Assembly (NCBI GenBank): GCA_964016885.1
Contig: OZ024743.1
Span: 155,248,001-155,312,000 of the forward strand
DNA length: 64,000 bases
Reading direction: 5' to 3'
Source of the DNA: Eledone cirrhosa
Taxonomy: Eukaryota
In this document: one piece after another, positions 14,354-30,295 of the stretch
Position numbering within the stretch: position 1 is the first letter of the stretch
Layout of the letters: the number at the start of each line of letters is the position of its first letter
Notes under the pieces: generated by a model
Told to the model about the DNA's origin: nothing
What the model saw: only the letters and a program-made list of their open reading frames with translations
The model's database searches: none
Made by a program: the position numbers and the translations under genes

Positions 14354-15230
14354 TTGTTATACTTGGGCGGGTCATGTTGCCAATAAGAAACACACGCACC
14401 AGAAGCTTTCACTTCAATTTATTATAATACATTTATAAATTTAGGAATTTATAAATTTCAGGTTGATTGGTTGGTTCCACAACCAGATGTTTGTTTATAT
14501 ATTGTCAAAGTTCTTTCGTCACACATTCTGTGACCTCTTCAGTGACCGGGGATTATTTACTTTGTGTTTGTGCCTCTCCTTAGTTCTGTCCTACGCCATC
14601 TTGATTTTGTGTGTGTTGTGTGCTTAGTTTGCGCATGTGTTGCATCCGGGTGTCTGTGTGTGTTTATATTTGTTTATTTACATGTTACTGGTTGGTTGTT
14701 AGTTCTATGTGCGTGTGTGTTTTCATTTTGTCCTTAATTGTAAGTTGTGATGTTGCTATTCCATTCATGTTCTCTAATTAATTTTGGTTGGAGTTCATTT
14801 ATGTTTTTTGCCTCTGTTATTTGTCTAAACATTGCATCTTTTCTGTGCGTAGATTCTATTTTTATTTCTGTGTTCTCTAATTTGCCCTTATGTTTTATTT
14901 TAGCATGTTGTTAGCGTACATATGATTATTTACTATCTTGAAGGTCTCGCCAGTGTTCATTTATCCGTTCCCCTATACTACGAGCTGTCTCACGTATGTA
15001 CACTATATTCTTATCTCTACATTGTCCTTCAGTACATCTTATGCTATATACTACATTTCTAGTTTTACAGTTAATATGGAGGGCTTAATTTACAGATTAT
15101 ACATTTCTTATCTATACAGGCAGGTCTTTGAAAAGGGTATGTATTACTAATAAGTGTTTTTATGGAGGTACCTGGTCTTTCTACTATCTTAATATTGAGT
15201 AGATGCTAAACAAATTCAGAAACGAAATAT
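14354..15230 (-). mobile_element. 3' fragment (GIY-YIG plus UTR plus HHR) of the 3711-7500 family, with a 24-nt inverted terminal piece
   Basis: Co-linear with 3711-4577; right end gctaaacaaattcagaaacgaaat is identical to 7477-7500. Confidence 0.9.
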
Positions 15231-15239
15231 CTATATACA

Positions 15240-15334
15240 GAGAGAGAGAGATAGAGAGAGAGAGAGATAGGGAGAGAGAGATATATATATATAGAGAGAG
15301 AGATAGAGAGAGAGAGAGATAGATGGATAGATAG

Positions 15335-15400
<66 letters not shown>
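15240..15400. repeat. (GA)n/(GATA)n microsatellite
   Basis: Directly visible. Confidence 0.9.
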
Positions 15401-15402
<2 letters not shown>

Positions 15403-15873
15403 GGATACACACTCTATATTTTTGTATATACATATATAACACATGTGTGTGTGACTGTGTGTAAACCTAGTTAATACTTCATGAAGAATCATATTATTAA
15501 GTAATTATATCTTATAATCATATGATATACTTCTTTTTCATTCAATACTATTGATAATTTATCTAATATGTCATAGAATACCTTCATTCTTGGCAGCTTT
15601 AGCGAAATAGATGCATTGAATTTCCATGCATCTTTATCCTCATTTCATGAAAGGATAATGAAATCTAACTAATGAAGAAACCAGAGATATTGGAAAAGTG
15701 AGATATTCAATCAAGCAATATTCAGTTACTTTCACATTGAATATAAACCCTTTATCAAGAATATTTTGTTACATCAGCATTGCACTATTGACATTATACC
15801 ATGATCAACATATTCGTTCATAATGGACGGCAATTTAATGCATGCAACTAGCTCACATGCATTATAAACCCTC

Positions 15874-15984
15874 TCTTCTTCTTCTTCTTCTTCTTCTTCT
15901 TCTTCTTCTTCTTCTTCTTCTTCTTCTTCTTCTTCTTCTTCTTCTTCTTCTTCTTCTTCTTCTTCTTCTTCTTCTTCTTCTTCT
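15874..15984. repeat. (CTT)n microsatellite
   Basis: Directly visible. Confidence 0.95.
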
Positions 15985-17872
15985 ACTCCTTACTTTGTTG
16001 CTTATTCACCTTTCCCACTTAATTTCAATCTCACTTTCAATAGAATCCTATTTTCTGATCATCCCATCCATTTCTCTTCCCCTTCCTCCTCGACCTCCCC
16101 ATTCACTTCATCATCATCCTCATCCTTATCATCGTCAACATAATCGTCGTCATCGTCTTAACCATATTCCACGTTCATAATTATATATAATTTATTAATG
16201 GTATTCAAATGCTGATACAAGCGTCACTGATTTATAAATCTTAATTTACTCTCCACTATTCGAAAATGGATCCAGATATTTTGCATATGAAATTAAACTC
16301 ATACGTTTCTATGTTTTATTCATGTCACAAAGAACTACAATTTTATATTTTATTTTGATTCATTATCTGATCTTAAAACAAACAATTAAAATGTATTATA
16401 CTAGTGTTTAGAAGGTGTGTGGTAGAATGCAAAAAGAGATACATAAGGAAAAGTGGATATACAATAACATAAGGCTTATTGCTATTTATTTTGAAAGAAA
16501 ACGGCATTTCACATGACACCTTTCAAGACTCTCGATGTGACTGATAGAATATTCAAAGTAAACTACTACCTCACCGAGGCCCTTGAAGAAGGCTATGAAC
16601 AAATGGATTGTCATAAAAGCTCTTGAGCCTAGTGTGGTGTTAAACTGAGTAGAATCAACATTTTACCTCTAACCACTGTAAGCCAGAGAAAAATCCGGAG
16701 AGAATTCCATCTTACATTTGCATTTCAACCCATCAACTTCCATGGACAAATACTGTATTTTGCCACCCTCAATCAAATAAATAGCAACGTTGATCCCGAC
16801 AGGTATTTTAATACATTGCGTAGGAATCTGGGAAAATTAGTGCACGCATATTCCCCCGGCGATTTATGTATTACGGAGAGCACAATCGATATACGTAGTC
16901 TAATTTATTAAACTAAGAGATGAGTAGAAATCCACTGTTACTTTATGAGATATGATATGGAAATCATATAGGTATGTGTTTTAGTTCTCAGCTTGCTATT
17001 CATTATGAACCTAATACACATATTCACACCTATCTCCTTAGTCTGTTTTATTCTTAGAATTTAGGAGAAAAACTATTAAAATAGACGAATACTGCCAACA
17101 GATAATTTGTGAAACACGTGTAATTTAGACATATCTTCTCTTTATTTATCAGATAATCTGGAAATACTTCTGATTATATTCACAATTATATATAATTTCC
17201 TAAATGCTTTATTCAATGCTTCGTTTGCGAATAGCATATTCTCTTTGAGAATTGTTGAGAGAGCATAATGAACATGATGAGAGAGCATAATGTAATGTTG
17301 AGAGAGCATAATGAACATGTTGTGTGGACTAAAATGACGACACCTCCAAAATCAGACCGTACAAGTAGAGATTCAACGACAATGGTGCCATTGCCTCAAT
17401 ATTATTTCTGATCACATAGTGCCCGAACAAATTCTATGAGGTATTTCATCTGAATTTCTAACCATTCTACCGATTTGCCAGCTAACATGAATATTAACGA
17501 GATTAATTTCGTTGACGTGACGTACGGTTGAATACAAAATTATCACATTAAAAACTTGACTCTTTCATCATTCCGTGTAGAAGATAAAATAAGATGAATG
17601 GTGGCGATATGAAAACCGAACCATAAATTTCACCAGGCAGTAATTTAATGAAAAGTTCTGAACAGGCAATAAATGATGAATATTCTCAGCTTGAGGGAAA
17701 CAATGTTTAATAGTTTAGAAGAGTGTTACAAGGAGATAATCATCATGCTTTAGTTGTGATTATCGATTTTGTGCCTTAATAAATAGGAATACTTTATTAA
17801 AATTTACCGAATTCCCAGAAATATTTCATGAATTTCTTGCCAAGAAACTGAGTCAACGTAACTATTTCTCTA

Positions 17873-17908
<36 letters not shown>

Positions 17909-18654
17909 TTAACTTGGTTAATTATTCATTAAGGTGTATTTTTGTTGTAAATAAGTTGTATATTAGAGATGGTCATTTGAAAGAAGAAAATTAGAAATGA
18001 TTTCGAAATGTTTGAAATGGAAAGTTGGTGAGCAATGCTCTCCACAATGTGTCAGACGTTAAATATGACATAAACGAATATAGATAATTTATAATTAAAA
18101 GATAAAATGATTAAAAAAACAGTAAGTTGATGTTTACTTAGTATACACATGAGTATAATCGAGTCAGAGGCATCTGATTCTCGTCAACAACAGACCAGAA
18201 TGTTTAATTATAGGATACAGTTAACTGATGAATGCATTTAGAAGATCTGTACGTTTTAATATTGTTTGCAAATGTACTCATTATACTGGTATCTAATACA
18301 TTTGGCATTATCAGATAATTTCTAAATTGCTTTAGATGTTGCGAATATTTGTATTTGATATATGTATCTCATCCACGAACAGAATTTGTCAGTAACAAGA
18401 TATGTTACGGTAGATTAATCCCCTTTGAAAGAAAGCTTCTTTTTATGTGCAATAATTTGTTAATCATTAAACATATTAACCTTTGGCTTAAATCATTTCC
18501 CCCTCTAACAGATCCCAAACAAATTTGTATATCAAGTTATTTATTTACAGCAACAGTCTTCTGTTATATACACATGAATATACACTCCTCGATTGCGTTT
18601 ATGAGTAGTTTCAAACAAAATATTAGACGTGTATTTTTAGTAATATAATAAAGG

Positions 18655-18790
18655 AGATGGAATGGCAGAAGGGTTAGATTGTCGGGTAAAATGGTTTGTG
18701 ATATGTTTACGTTCTTTTTATATTCTCACTTCAAATCCTACCGAGGGCAACTTTGCCGTTCATCCATCTGGGGTCGATAGAACATTATCA
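18655..18790 (+). mobile_element. Decayed tRNA-derived SINE
   Basis: ttcaaatcctaccgagggcaactttgccgttcatccatctggggtcgata resembles 24510-24562. Confidence 0.65.
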
Positions 18791-19637
18791 TTGTATTGAA
18801 TTTCGTATAATTGATACACAATGTACTGTTGTAGCAGGAGAATATTGCAGTGACGCGCAAAAGCACACGAATTAAATTACTATAGTAACAAAGCCCATTA
18901 TGTTTTAGATTAGGTTAACGTCTTACACTTACTGATATTGGTTCAGTATTTCTAGATAGAAGCGGTTGGGAAATTTATGTAGAGCATGTTTTACAATTAT
19001 CACACAACCTGAACATTCCCCCATAAAACGCTATTTCTTTCCATTTCACTCAGTACAGACAAATGAATAAATATTTTCACCATGTTTCTTATATATACTT
19101 CATTACGTTAGCATAGATATTTCCCAAAATACGTAAATATTTATTTAGCTATTGATTATAGAACAATTTCAGAAACTTGTTGAGTGTGAGATGTGTGGTG
19201 TGGAGATAACAAAATGCTATATTCCCCCAAATCTAATAGCATTCACTTATTTTTGTAGGCACATTATGTTAATTACCATACATAAACAGAATGAATATCA
19301 CGCATGACATAAATCTTGAAATACACTGTTCAGTTAGCATTGTTCAATTTGTTAATTTTATGTTATTGTACTTATTTCAACATTGTATTAAAATAGAAAC
19401 AACAATAATTTCAGAGAAGCGTTATTATACTGGTCTTTCTAAATCATATTGTTCTCTTTATGTTGTCATAAAGACAGTCTTATTCTTTGACAGTGACTAT
19501 GGTATTTGCTGCAGGCTTAGCTATTCAAAATGCAGGCCATAGGTTAGTGCTTATACACATACACACATGCACGCACACACATGTACATATATATATAGAT
19601 ATATATATATGTATATATATATACACACATACACACA

Positions 19638-19733
<96 letters not shown>

Positions 19734-20684
19734 AGTGTGTGTGTGTGTGCTTGTGTGTGTGTGTGTGTAATTCCTAGTAATCATAAAATGCTTCCTTTAT
19801 AATATTTGAACAAAACCAAATCAAACTTCAATAAAAATGACATAAATAACAAAATACGAATTTGATTTCATTTTAGTCTATATTTTATGTTTTTGTTTTT
19901 TTCTTTAAAATGTGTATCTTTTGTGTTCTGTCATGGGAATGATGTTAAACTATTCGCAATCGAAATGTAAAAAGTAAATGTAATTGGGTTTTTGTAAAAC
20001 TCATTGCCCTTAAGGAAACCTTTGTGAAGTTGTATGCAGTTCTGTTGTAATTTATCTATATTTGTTCAGGTAAAAAGTAGCCTTTAAATGATTAACAAAA
20101 ATGGCAACATTGCACCGAGTTTATTTAAGTTCTAGACTAAATAAACTCTAATAAAAATGAGTACAGTACATACTATGGCATCACAGAGACATTTAGCAAA
20201 AGGAGATATTCCAAGTATAATAAAAACAATTACCATATTATGCAAACATTTGTGATACCAGTATAGGAAGATAAATTCCCTTTTTAAAGAGACCTGTTGC
20301 ATTTCAGCATACTTAAATACAAATAAACTAATTAATTAAACGCGATGGCACATACTCATTGTTCTTGTAGAGCTTACGGTAATGAAGCGTATATATTAGA
20401 CTGAATATCATTTGTGATGAGAGGATGGAACGTCTGTTGTGTAAAGGGCAAATCGCTTGCATCTCGCATAAGCAGACACATATGCCCTGATCATCGTAGC
20501 TCATGATGCGTTGATGTGAAACTTATTGATATCCTATAGACAGCAAGTTAGTGATGAAAGTCCGGAAATGATAGTATAAATGGTTGAAATAAGGAAGGCA
20601 ACCTCATTTGAAAGATACTTTTAGTTGGATCATTAGAAATAGAAAGGATTCATATCTGTATCTCATATCACTTTTGATTCTTTT

Positions 20685-22985
20685 GTCTTCTTCTTTTTCA
20701 TCCATTTACTCTAGAGAGGGTTGCAAGGGAAGAGGCTTCAGCCACTCCTTCCAGCTGGGCCTGTCAGAACCATCCATCTTCAACAGATCCTGCTGGATCC
20801 TCAAGCGTGACCAGCCAAGCTCATGGATGTTATCCAATCATCTTGCTCGGTGTCTGCCCCTGGGTCTAATACGGTTTGGTCTTGCCCGTAAAATCTGTCA
20901 CGCGATTCTTTCCTGAGCTGAGACATTCTAACCACATGCCCATAATATCGGATCTGTGATCTCTAACTTCAAAAAATGGGCTACTTTACTAGTAGTGACA
21001 TTCCGATCTCAGAGTTACGCACGTTATCAAGTAACGTTACTCCAAAAACCCTTCATAGGAATCATATTTTGTCCGCTTGTATTTGCGATCGTATACTTTC
21101 GGTCATTATCCAAGATTCATGACAATATGTAAGGGTTGGCATGAATGACGAATTGAAGATAGCAAGTTTGGCTTTTACGCCTACCTCCTTTGTTCTGATT
21201 ACAGAATACGTGAGGGAACGCATTGCTTCACCAGCACCTGCAAATTTTGCAACTAATTCAATTGCCTGCCTTCTATTACTCGTGGACACGGCTCCGAGAT
21301 AATTTAACCTCTTTATCTGCTTCTGTGGAACTCCATCCACAGGTAACATGGAGTTGGCAGACAAGCGTTTTCCCAGCACTAATTATCATTCTATATGTAG
21401 CAATCGGCATAAAAGTGCAAGTCGAAGATCATCTTCTGTCGAACTAAGCAACACCATGTCGTCTGCAAATTCTAGCCGACTGATTTTACACCCGCCAGTC
21501 ATGATACCACTCCCACCTGGTTGCGCATGCCCATCATGTTCATGTTAATAATTGTTTCTACTTTTGACACAAGGCCAGCAATTATTCCAGTGTATTACTG
21601 GTGCTTTATTTTATCGAGCTCGTAAGGATGAAAGGCAAATTTAACCTCGGCGGGTTTTGAACTCAGATCATAAAGGGGCATAACTCTTTGCTGCAAAGCA
21701 TGGCATCAGTCCCTCGACCGATACTGCCAATCTACCGCCAAACCACCGCCATGGCGGAGTCCGCGCCCCACATAGAATGGTTTCGAGTTAGCACTATTTA
21801 TCCTAACACAAATACTCGGGCACTCATATAGAAACATCAGAGCAGCAAGAAGCTGATCATCAATGCCATACTCCTGCACATTCTTCCACAGCAGGTTCCG
21901 AGGGACGTGGTCATATAGCTTCTAAAGGTCTACAAAACAAGAATATGCTTCTTGGCCATATTCCCACAATTTCTCGAATGTCTGCCACAGTGTGACTATT
22001 TGGTTGGCTGTGCTGCGTCAGGAGCAAATCCCACTCTGTTAATGAGCTATCTTGATAATCTCTCTGCATCTCTTTGCTTTACACTTAGCATACACTTTAC
22101 CGACGTGGCTTAACAAGGAGTACCCTCTCTACATTGAACAAACTTTTAAAAATTGGGATTATCACTCCCGATTGCCATTACTTGGATGCCCTTCCGGAAA
22201 TCTAGGAGCAGCCGGCACACACGAGTCAGCCGGAGTATACCTTCTCTTTTTAAGGTTTTTAACATCATCTCGGGCCAGACATCATCTTACCCGACGGCTT
22301 TAAAACATTTCAGCAATTTAAATGCTCTTGTGACCTCAGCCTCTGTGGGATTAGTCAGCGCTTCCAGATACACCTCATGTACATCAGAAGATACAGATCC
22401 GATCGGATTTAGGATATGAAAAAATCAAGTTCGTGAGTATTCACCCATCTGAAGAGAGGAGTACTCTAGATGCTTTCTTGATAGCAGGTGTGGAGTAGGG
22501 CTTTTTTTTACGAAGTCGGCGGATGGTCTGCCACAACATTTTATTTGTCGATCTCAAGCCGGATTCTAACTTAAACACAATGTCTAAACTTTGGAGGTTT
22601 TTACTGTTTCTGTTGCGATATTTCATGACTTCTTTGTACGCTCACTACTTTGCTGGGATGGCATCTTTGACTTCTTAATTGAACCGAGACGTCTTCCTGT
22701 CATTCAGTGGCACACCATCTCGCTTTCGCCCGCATCAGTTAACAGCTGAAGCGGAAATTGCTGCGCTGAACACTTTCTACTCAACGTCTCAACGTACTCA
22801 TTTTGCTCAGGAAATTTTCTGAATTCGGATGCAATAGTACCTATATAAATTATCCTGGCTTCCGTATCCACCAATGCTTCCCACTTTATCCTGTAGGTCA
22901 CCCTGGCCCTGCCAGGTGTGTGGCCTATTTTGGCTTTAGGACGTCTCAAGTGACAGATTGCAAGATAGTAATCAGGTGACAGCAC
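20685..22985 (-). mobile_element. Decayed RTE-clade LINE (endonuclease end plus RT), interrupted by a SINE
   Basis: Minus strand: PDYYLAICHL, CFVDL..AYDHVPR, FADD at about 21460, NYLG, PTLTYCHESW. Confidence 0.85.
21547..21760 (-). mobile_element. tRNA-derived SINE inserted in the LINE
   Basis: Reverse complement of 24437-24630. Confidence 0.85.
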
Positions 22986-24436
22986 AAAAACAAAGAGACC
23001 AGAGACAATGACAGTTATTTATGGATCCCTGTCCCTAATTCTCCTTAAACCATTTATATTTAAATCGTCATCTATATTTACAGACGTCCATCAAAATACA
23101 CGATATTTTGAAATATTTCCATTGCGATTGGAAATAAGAAATATTTTAGTAAATAATTTACTAAAGAGACAAAAAAAATATTTTGTTTATCATTGGTCAC
23201 TTCTAATAAGGTATAATGTAATTTATTATGCTAACATGTAATGGTAATCATCATATTGTATTAATGGTAAGACAAATATTTCAAGGTTTTAGCTTTATAA
23301 TTACCGTATATTTGATATGAATTCAAAGACTAGAATTCTGAAAGTTAAGGGTGAACTAATAAAAAGGTTTAATTTCCGGTAGATGTATATCTAGTTTCCT
23401 ATACGTGTCAATAGTAACGATTTGATATCCCAGTCAGTATCACTGTCAGTGTAAAATACGTTAGTGATGCTGATTTTCAACAAGAAAGTATCAATAACTA
23501 TGTGATGTTGATCATCCACTGTTTATCTCTTGTTGAGTTATGATTATAAGACAATTAAGTCAGTATAATCTCCACCGTTAATCAAAAAGAGAGAAACACG
23601 TTCATAGACAACAACGCAAGTAATAACATAATACTAACAAGTTAGTATGACAAGGAATATTATTATTGGCATCAGCACCTTTTAACGAATCGATTAAAAT
23701 ACGTAAGCTTAAATGAAAAATAAAAAAAATAAAATAACCCAGACATCTTATATTTGATTAAAACGAGTACAAAATCGAAGGCAATTAAATAATTGGAAAT
23801 GCTCCAAAAATACTATCTTTTCAACTGAAGCACAAATGTAGACACTTGAACATACACACACATGCACACATACGCCCCCCCCCCCCCCCCACACACACAT
23901 ATGTAATAGTTTAGACGAGTTGAAAATACAACCATAGAAAGCAAATAATTCAAAGCTGAAATGTAATTTTATAGTCCACAGCAAAATAGGTGAGCGAAAG
24001 GTCAGAGTTTAATCCAATCGTTTAATTTCCAATCTCAGTAAATTTACAACATCACAGTGCATATATACATATATTTTCGAAATGGAGATGTCCAGTTACT
24101 TGTTCTTGTACTATCAGTCGCTTGATGCTATGAAACCGGGTTAAGCACCGGCCAAATGAGCCCTCTGGCTTTAGACAGCCATTAGACTTTTTTATGTGTG
24201 TGTATTTTGTTGTGTGTATGTGTGTGTGTATTTGTGTGTATGTGTGTGTGAGTCAGTGTGCGTGTGTGTATGTGCAATTACATTGTTATATAGAGATATG
24301 TATGTTGGTATATATGTTGTAATATACATCGCGTATAGCAGCTCGTGATATTTTATGCTTTTGTCGAATTATTAACGTATTTTCATGAACGAAAAAAATA
24401 GGTCACCAGTGTTAAACAGTTAATGCATTATTTATT

Positions 24437-24630
24437 TGGCGGATTAGCAGTATCGGTAGAGGGTCGGACGCCATGGTTTGACGCATAGAGTAAACGGCCC
24501 TTGCCATTCTGAGTTCAAATCCCGCCGAGGTTAAATTTGCTTTTCATCCTTACGGGGTCGATAAAATAAAGTACCAGTAATGCACTGGGGAATTTGCTGG
24601 CCTTGTGCCAAACTTAGAAACAATTATTTA
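24437..24630 (+). mobile_element. tRNA-derived SINE (Octopus-type)
   Basis: tggcggattagcag A-box-like start, B box gagttcaaatccc, core tttgcttttcatccttacggggtcgataaaataaagtaccag; several copies in the window. Confidence 0.85.
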
Positions 24631-25368
24631 TTTGATCTACACATGTTTCATTATCTACGGATGTTATTTAAAATAGACTTAGGAAGATAGTCGGGATCAA
24701 TTGTATGTACAACAATGAAAAATATTTAATGACAGACCCATGCATGCCCGTATGTGCATGTTGCAGTAGAAAACTGTAAACAAATGTTTTTCTAATATTA
24801 TTGCAGTTTGGAATTGCCAGAATTATTTAATAGTACTTTTCTTAATAGTTGTTCTGCCGTGTAATACCAACACACCTATTCCGATTATAATATCATCTAT
24901 ACCTGTCGTGAGCGAATATATAGTAGTATTTACTGAGATTATAATGAAATGTAACCACAGTATATAGAAATGATGTGTTAACTGTTGAACCTTGGTGGCC
25001 TATTTTCTTTGTTAATATATGCGCTGTGATTATAACTTTAAGATGACCGGAAGTGTACCAACTTGATTTACCTCTTACATACCTCTCGCCAATATGCATT
25101 TAGAATAAACAACTTTTGAGCTTTAAATAAATATATGAACGCCTTAATAGATTATAGAATTGATTATATTCATATATCATTGTCGTCCGTTCTGTTTCTT
25201 CCTGCATAGCTTTCCAGTTTATCTTCTAACACGCTGTGGTGAAATGTAATGTATTTAATGCGCTCGAAGCAATGGTGATCCACGGACGCCATCGAAGAGG
25301 GGGAATCGTCATTTTGGTTGTGTTTACTCAAGTTTTCTAAATAAAATTTCTCTTTATATATATTTATA

Positions 25369-25442
<74 letters not shown>

Positions 25443-25446
<4 letters not shown>

Positions 25447-26185
25447 ACATCGTCAGTGGTGCTATTATTTCCTCCCGTTGTATTGTATGTCTACGCCATT
25501 TTTATTCAGTCTGTCTATATATTTATTTGTTTATTTGCGTGTTTGTTTATTTTATGTTGTCTTCTTTGCGCATGCGTGTGCGTTTGTGTATAGTGTTGTG
25601 TTTGATGTGTGGTGTGTGTTCATGATTGGGTTACTAGTGTGTGTTTATGTGCTTGTGTATGTATTTATGTATTTATTTATTAATTTATTTTATTTTATTA
25701 ACTTATTTATACTTCTCTTAGGTCAGTGTTGTTTGTTTGGGTGTTGTTGTTATTCCATTCATTCTTTCTGTTTAGTCTTGGTCTTCTAAGTTCTATTTCA
25801 CTGGACTCACTGATTTGCCTATCTGCTGGGTCATTTCTATGTTTAGATATTATTCTAATTTCTATGTTGTCTATGTTACCGTCATGTTGTTGTCTGGCAT
25901 GTTCGTATAGTACTGACCCGTTTTTTCGTCCTTTTAGTTCCCCCCAGTGTTGGTCTATCCTTTCACCTATGCTACGAGCTGTCTCACCTATGTATGTTGT
26001 TGTCATGTTTGTGCAAGTACCCTCTGTACATATTATGCTATAGACTAGGTTTCTAGTTTTACAGTTTATCCGGGGGTTTACCTTACATATGATACATTTC
26101 CTATTGGTACAGTGGGTTTTCTTAAAAGGGTAGGTTTTGCTGATCAGGATGTTATGGTGGTTCCTGGCTTTTCTACCACCTTACG
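25443..26185 (-). mobile_element. PLE 3' fragment (GIY-YIG) related to the 3711 family; ends at a lone CTGACGA next to (TA)n
   Basis: CKTRNLVYSIMC..TYIGETARSIGERIDQH..LNRKNEW. Confidence 0.88.
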
Positions 26186-26395
26186 GTATATTTAGTCAGT
26201 TTCTACACGCTGTTGAAATGTTGGGTAAATAATGTATTTGGGTCACCGCGAAGAGGCCGCTTTCGGTTACTTATCAAATATTTCTTCATAGGAGACTTTA
26301 TTATTATAGCCTGGTCTAATTGATTTTTTCATTGGGGGGAGGAAATTGTATATATTGTATCTAATAATTCTAAGGGCACGATTTATGATATATGT

Positions 26396-26516
<121 letters not shown>

Positions 26517-26518
26517 CA

Positions 26519-27833
<1,315 letters not shown>

Positions 27834-27838
<5 letters not shown>

Positions 27839-28584
27839 GTCCAGGCTATAAGAATAAAGGCTCCTATGAAGAAATATTTGATTAGTAACCGAAAGCGTCC
27901 TCTTCGCGGTGGCCCTAATACATTATTTACCCAACATTTCAACAGCATATAGAAACTGACTAAATTTACCGTCAACCATACACAATTAGGTGAACATTTA
28001 AACTTAGAAGAAACGTGTACATACCGTAATTACATCTCTACCATGGTTTCGTCCGTATTTTTAGATATCCTATTGTTAAGGACGAACCTAGAGTAACAGA
28101 CTCTTCAGGAGACAAACTCAGTTGGACAGTCAATTTTCCAAAGCGATCGCGCCAATAATAGATTCAAAAATGGCTAAGAATCGTGACGTGGCAGTGGTCA
28201 AGTTAGAAAGAATGTGACTAGTTGCTTACGGCGGGTAGAGTTGTTGCTAGAAAGCGCAGCCCAATATCGCACAATTGCATCTCAACCCAACGGGAGATTA
28301 TTAAATATAAAGATTTACATATGCATAAAGTCACAGATATATATGTGGCAATCGGTCACGTTGTGGCTCAATGAAGAATTAATAAATTAAATAATCAAAG
28401 CAATATATCATAAATCATGTCCTTATAATTATTAGATAAATATATATACCATTTGGGAGAGGAAATGGTATATATTTTATCTAATAATTCTAAGGACATG
28501 ATTTATGATATATTTCTCAGATTATTTAATTTATTAATTCTTCATTGAGCCACAACGTGACCGGTTGCCACATATATATCTGTC

Positions 28585-28590
<6 letters not shown>
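27834..28590 (-). mobile_element. Non-coding HHR element, about 640-nt permuted unit, with inverted arm 28454-28590; second fragment at 26186-26395
   Basis: Fold-back centred near 28454; 26186-26395 bridges the end of the unit to its start. Confidence 0.75.
28034..28113 (-). ncRNA. Type I hammerhead ribozyme
   Basis: gtctc-CTGAAGA-gtctgt..acggac-GAAA-ccatgg-TA-gagat. Confidence 0.85.
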
Positions 28591-28635
<45 letters not shown>

Positions 28636-29248
28636 ACAGCGAGAAAGAGACAATTATTAGGGAGAAAAATATATTTTTTTCCTTTTTGGATTCTCTCTCT
28701 TCACTCTGTGTTAGAAAATGAATAACACGAAGTGTTCTACTTTGTGTGAAAGTGTTAAGGTATTAGTTAATTTCACCCTGTTTTCATATATATATATCGT
28801 AACTCGTTTGCTTCCTCTCCACACTTCATTATAATATATATATATATATGTTTGTATACATATATATATATATATATAAAATATTAAAAAAATAATGAAT
28901 AAAACAATGAAACAGTTCCTTATATTAAACAAAAAAAGTTCATTAATTAACGATCGTTTCTAGGATATATATGTGTTAGAATTGGCATGCATATTCAACA
29001 GATCTATGTACAAAATTATACAAAATTATACAAACTATCAAGATTAAATATACATACCAAACACACATATATGCCGTCTTCAGAAATAATGAAATATATT
29101 TATTGATAATAACAACAATTCAAAATTTCAGGTCCGTTTGGGAACGGAGTTCAAATTGACCAATGAAAATACAAAAAAAATTATGCAGTTTGGTGTGTGT
29201 ATATACATGTAACTAACTTCGTACACTACAAAGATATATGCTCACCAA

Positions 29249-30295
29249 ATGAAAAGTACACACTTAAATGCCACCCACACTATACCCCAAAATACCAAAT
29301 CTTCTAATATAAAATATAGTAACTCTCAAAAAACTACTCATCATACAACTCTAATAAATATTAATAATAAAACTCCTAATAAAAAAGATAAATCACCTAA
29401 ATCTACAAATATAACTAAAAATGGTTGTGGTGAGATCATTAACATTAATCCTCCTAGTAAACATCACGATACAACCTATAAAAATAATAAAAATAATAAA
29501 CAACATAGAAACCGTAATAGACGGGTTACTTGGTATAATGCTCCATTTAATTTACAAATTAAGGATAATATTGCTAAAAAAATTTTTTATATCCTAGAGA
29601 AAAACTTCCCGCCAAACCACAAATACCATCAAATCTTAAATAGGTCTACAGTTAAATTCTCATACTCAACAACAAATAACATAAAACAAAATATAAGTGC
29701 CTATAATGCATATAAATGTAAGAAAACCATAAGTATACCACCAATACATCAAACTAACCATAATATCTCCTCAAATACAGAATTAACGAAAGGTTGTAAC
29801 TGTAGAAACAAAGCAAACTGCCCATTAAAAGGGAATTGTCTTGTTAACAACATAGTCTATAAATGTAATGTTAAAACTAAAGATTCTATTTGCTCATATA
29901 TAGGAGCTACTTCTAACAATTTTAAGACAAGGTTTAATACCCACAAGCATAGTTTTAAAAATGCCGCACTGGCTAATACAACATCTCTAGCAGAAAAAAT
30001 CAATAGTTATAAAAATAAGAATATAGAATATGATTTGACCTGGAGTGTGCTCAAAAGAGCCACCCCTTATCAAAATAATAGAAATGAATGTAGATTATGT
30101 TCCCAAGAACTATTTGAAATAATGAAATCTAAGGATATCCTATTAAATAAACGACAGGAATTAATTATATCGTGTAATCATAAACTAAAAAAACATTTAA
30201 ATATTATAAACCTAATTAATTATTATAAACCTAATTATTTTATTATAAACCTAATTAATATTATAAACCTAATTATTTTAGAAATTAATATATAA
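29249..30295 (+). CDS. C-terminal part of a Naiad-like PLE protein (linker plus GIY-YIG), open frame
   Basis: VTWYNAPF, CNCRNKANCPLKGNC (CxCx5Cx5C), IVY..SYIGAT..FKTR..H, CRLC..LLNKR..CNH. Confidence 0.85.
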   Translation: MKSTHLNATHTIPQNTKSSNIKYSNSQKTTHHTTLININNKTPNKKDKSPKSTNITKNGCGEIININPPSKHHDTTYKNNKNNKQHRNRNRRVTWYNAPFNLQIKDNIAKKIFYILEKNFPPNHKYHQILNRSTVKFSYSTTNNIKQNISAYNAYKCKKTISIPPIHQTNHNISSNTELTKGCNCRNKANCPLKGNCLVNNIVYKCNVKTKDSICSYIGATSNNFKTRFNTHKHSFKNAALANTTSLAEKINSYKNKNIEYDLTWSVLKRATPYQNNRNECRLCSQELFEIMKSKDILLNKRQELIISCNHKLKKHLNIINLINYYKPNYFIINLINIINLIILEINI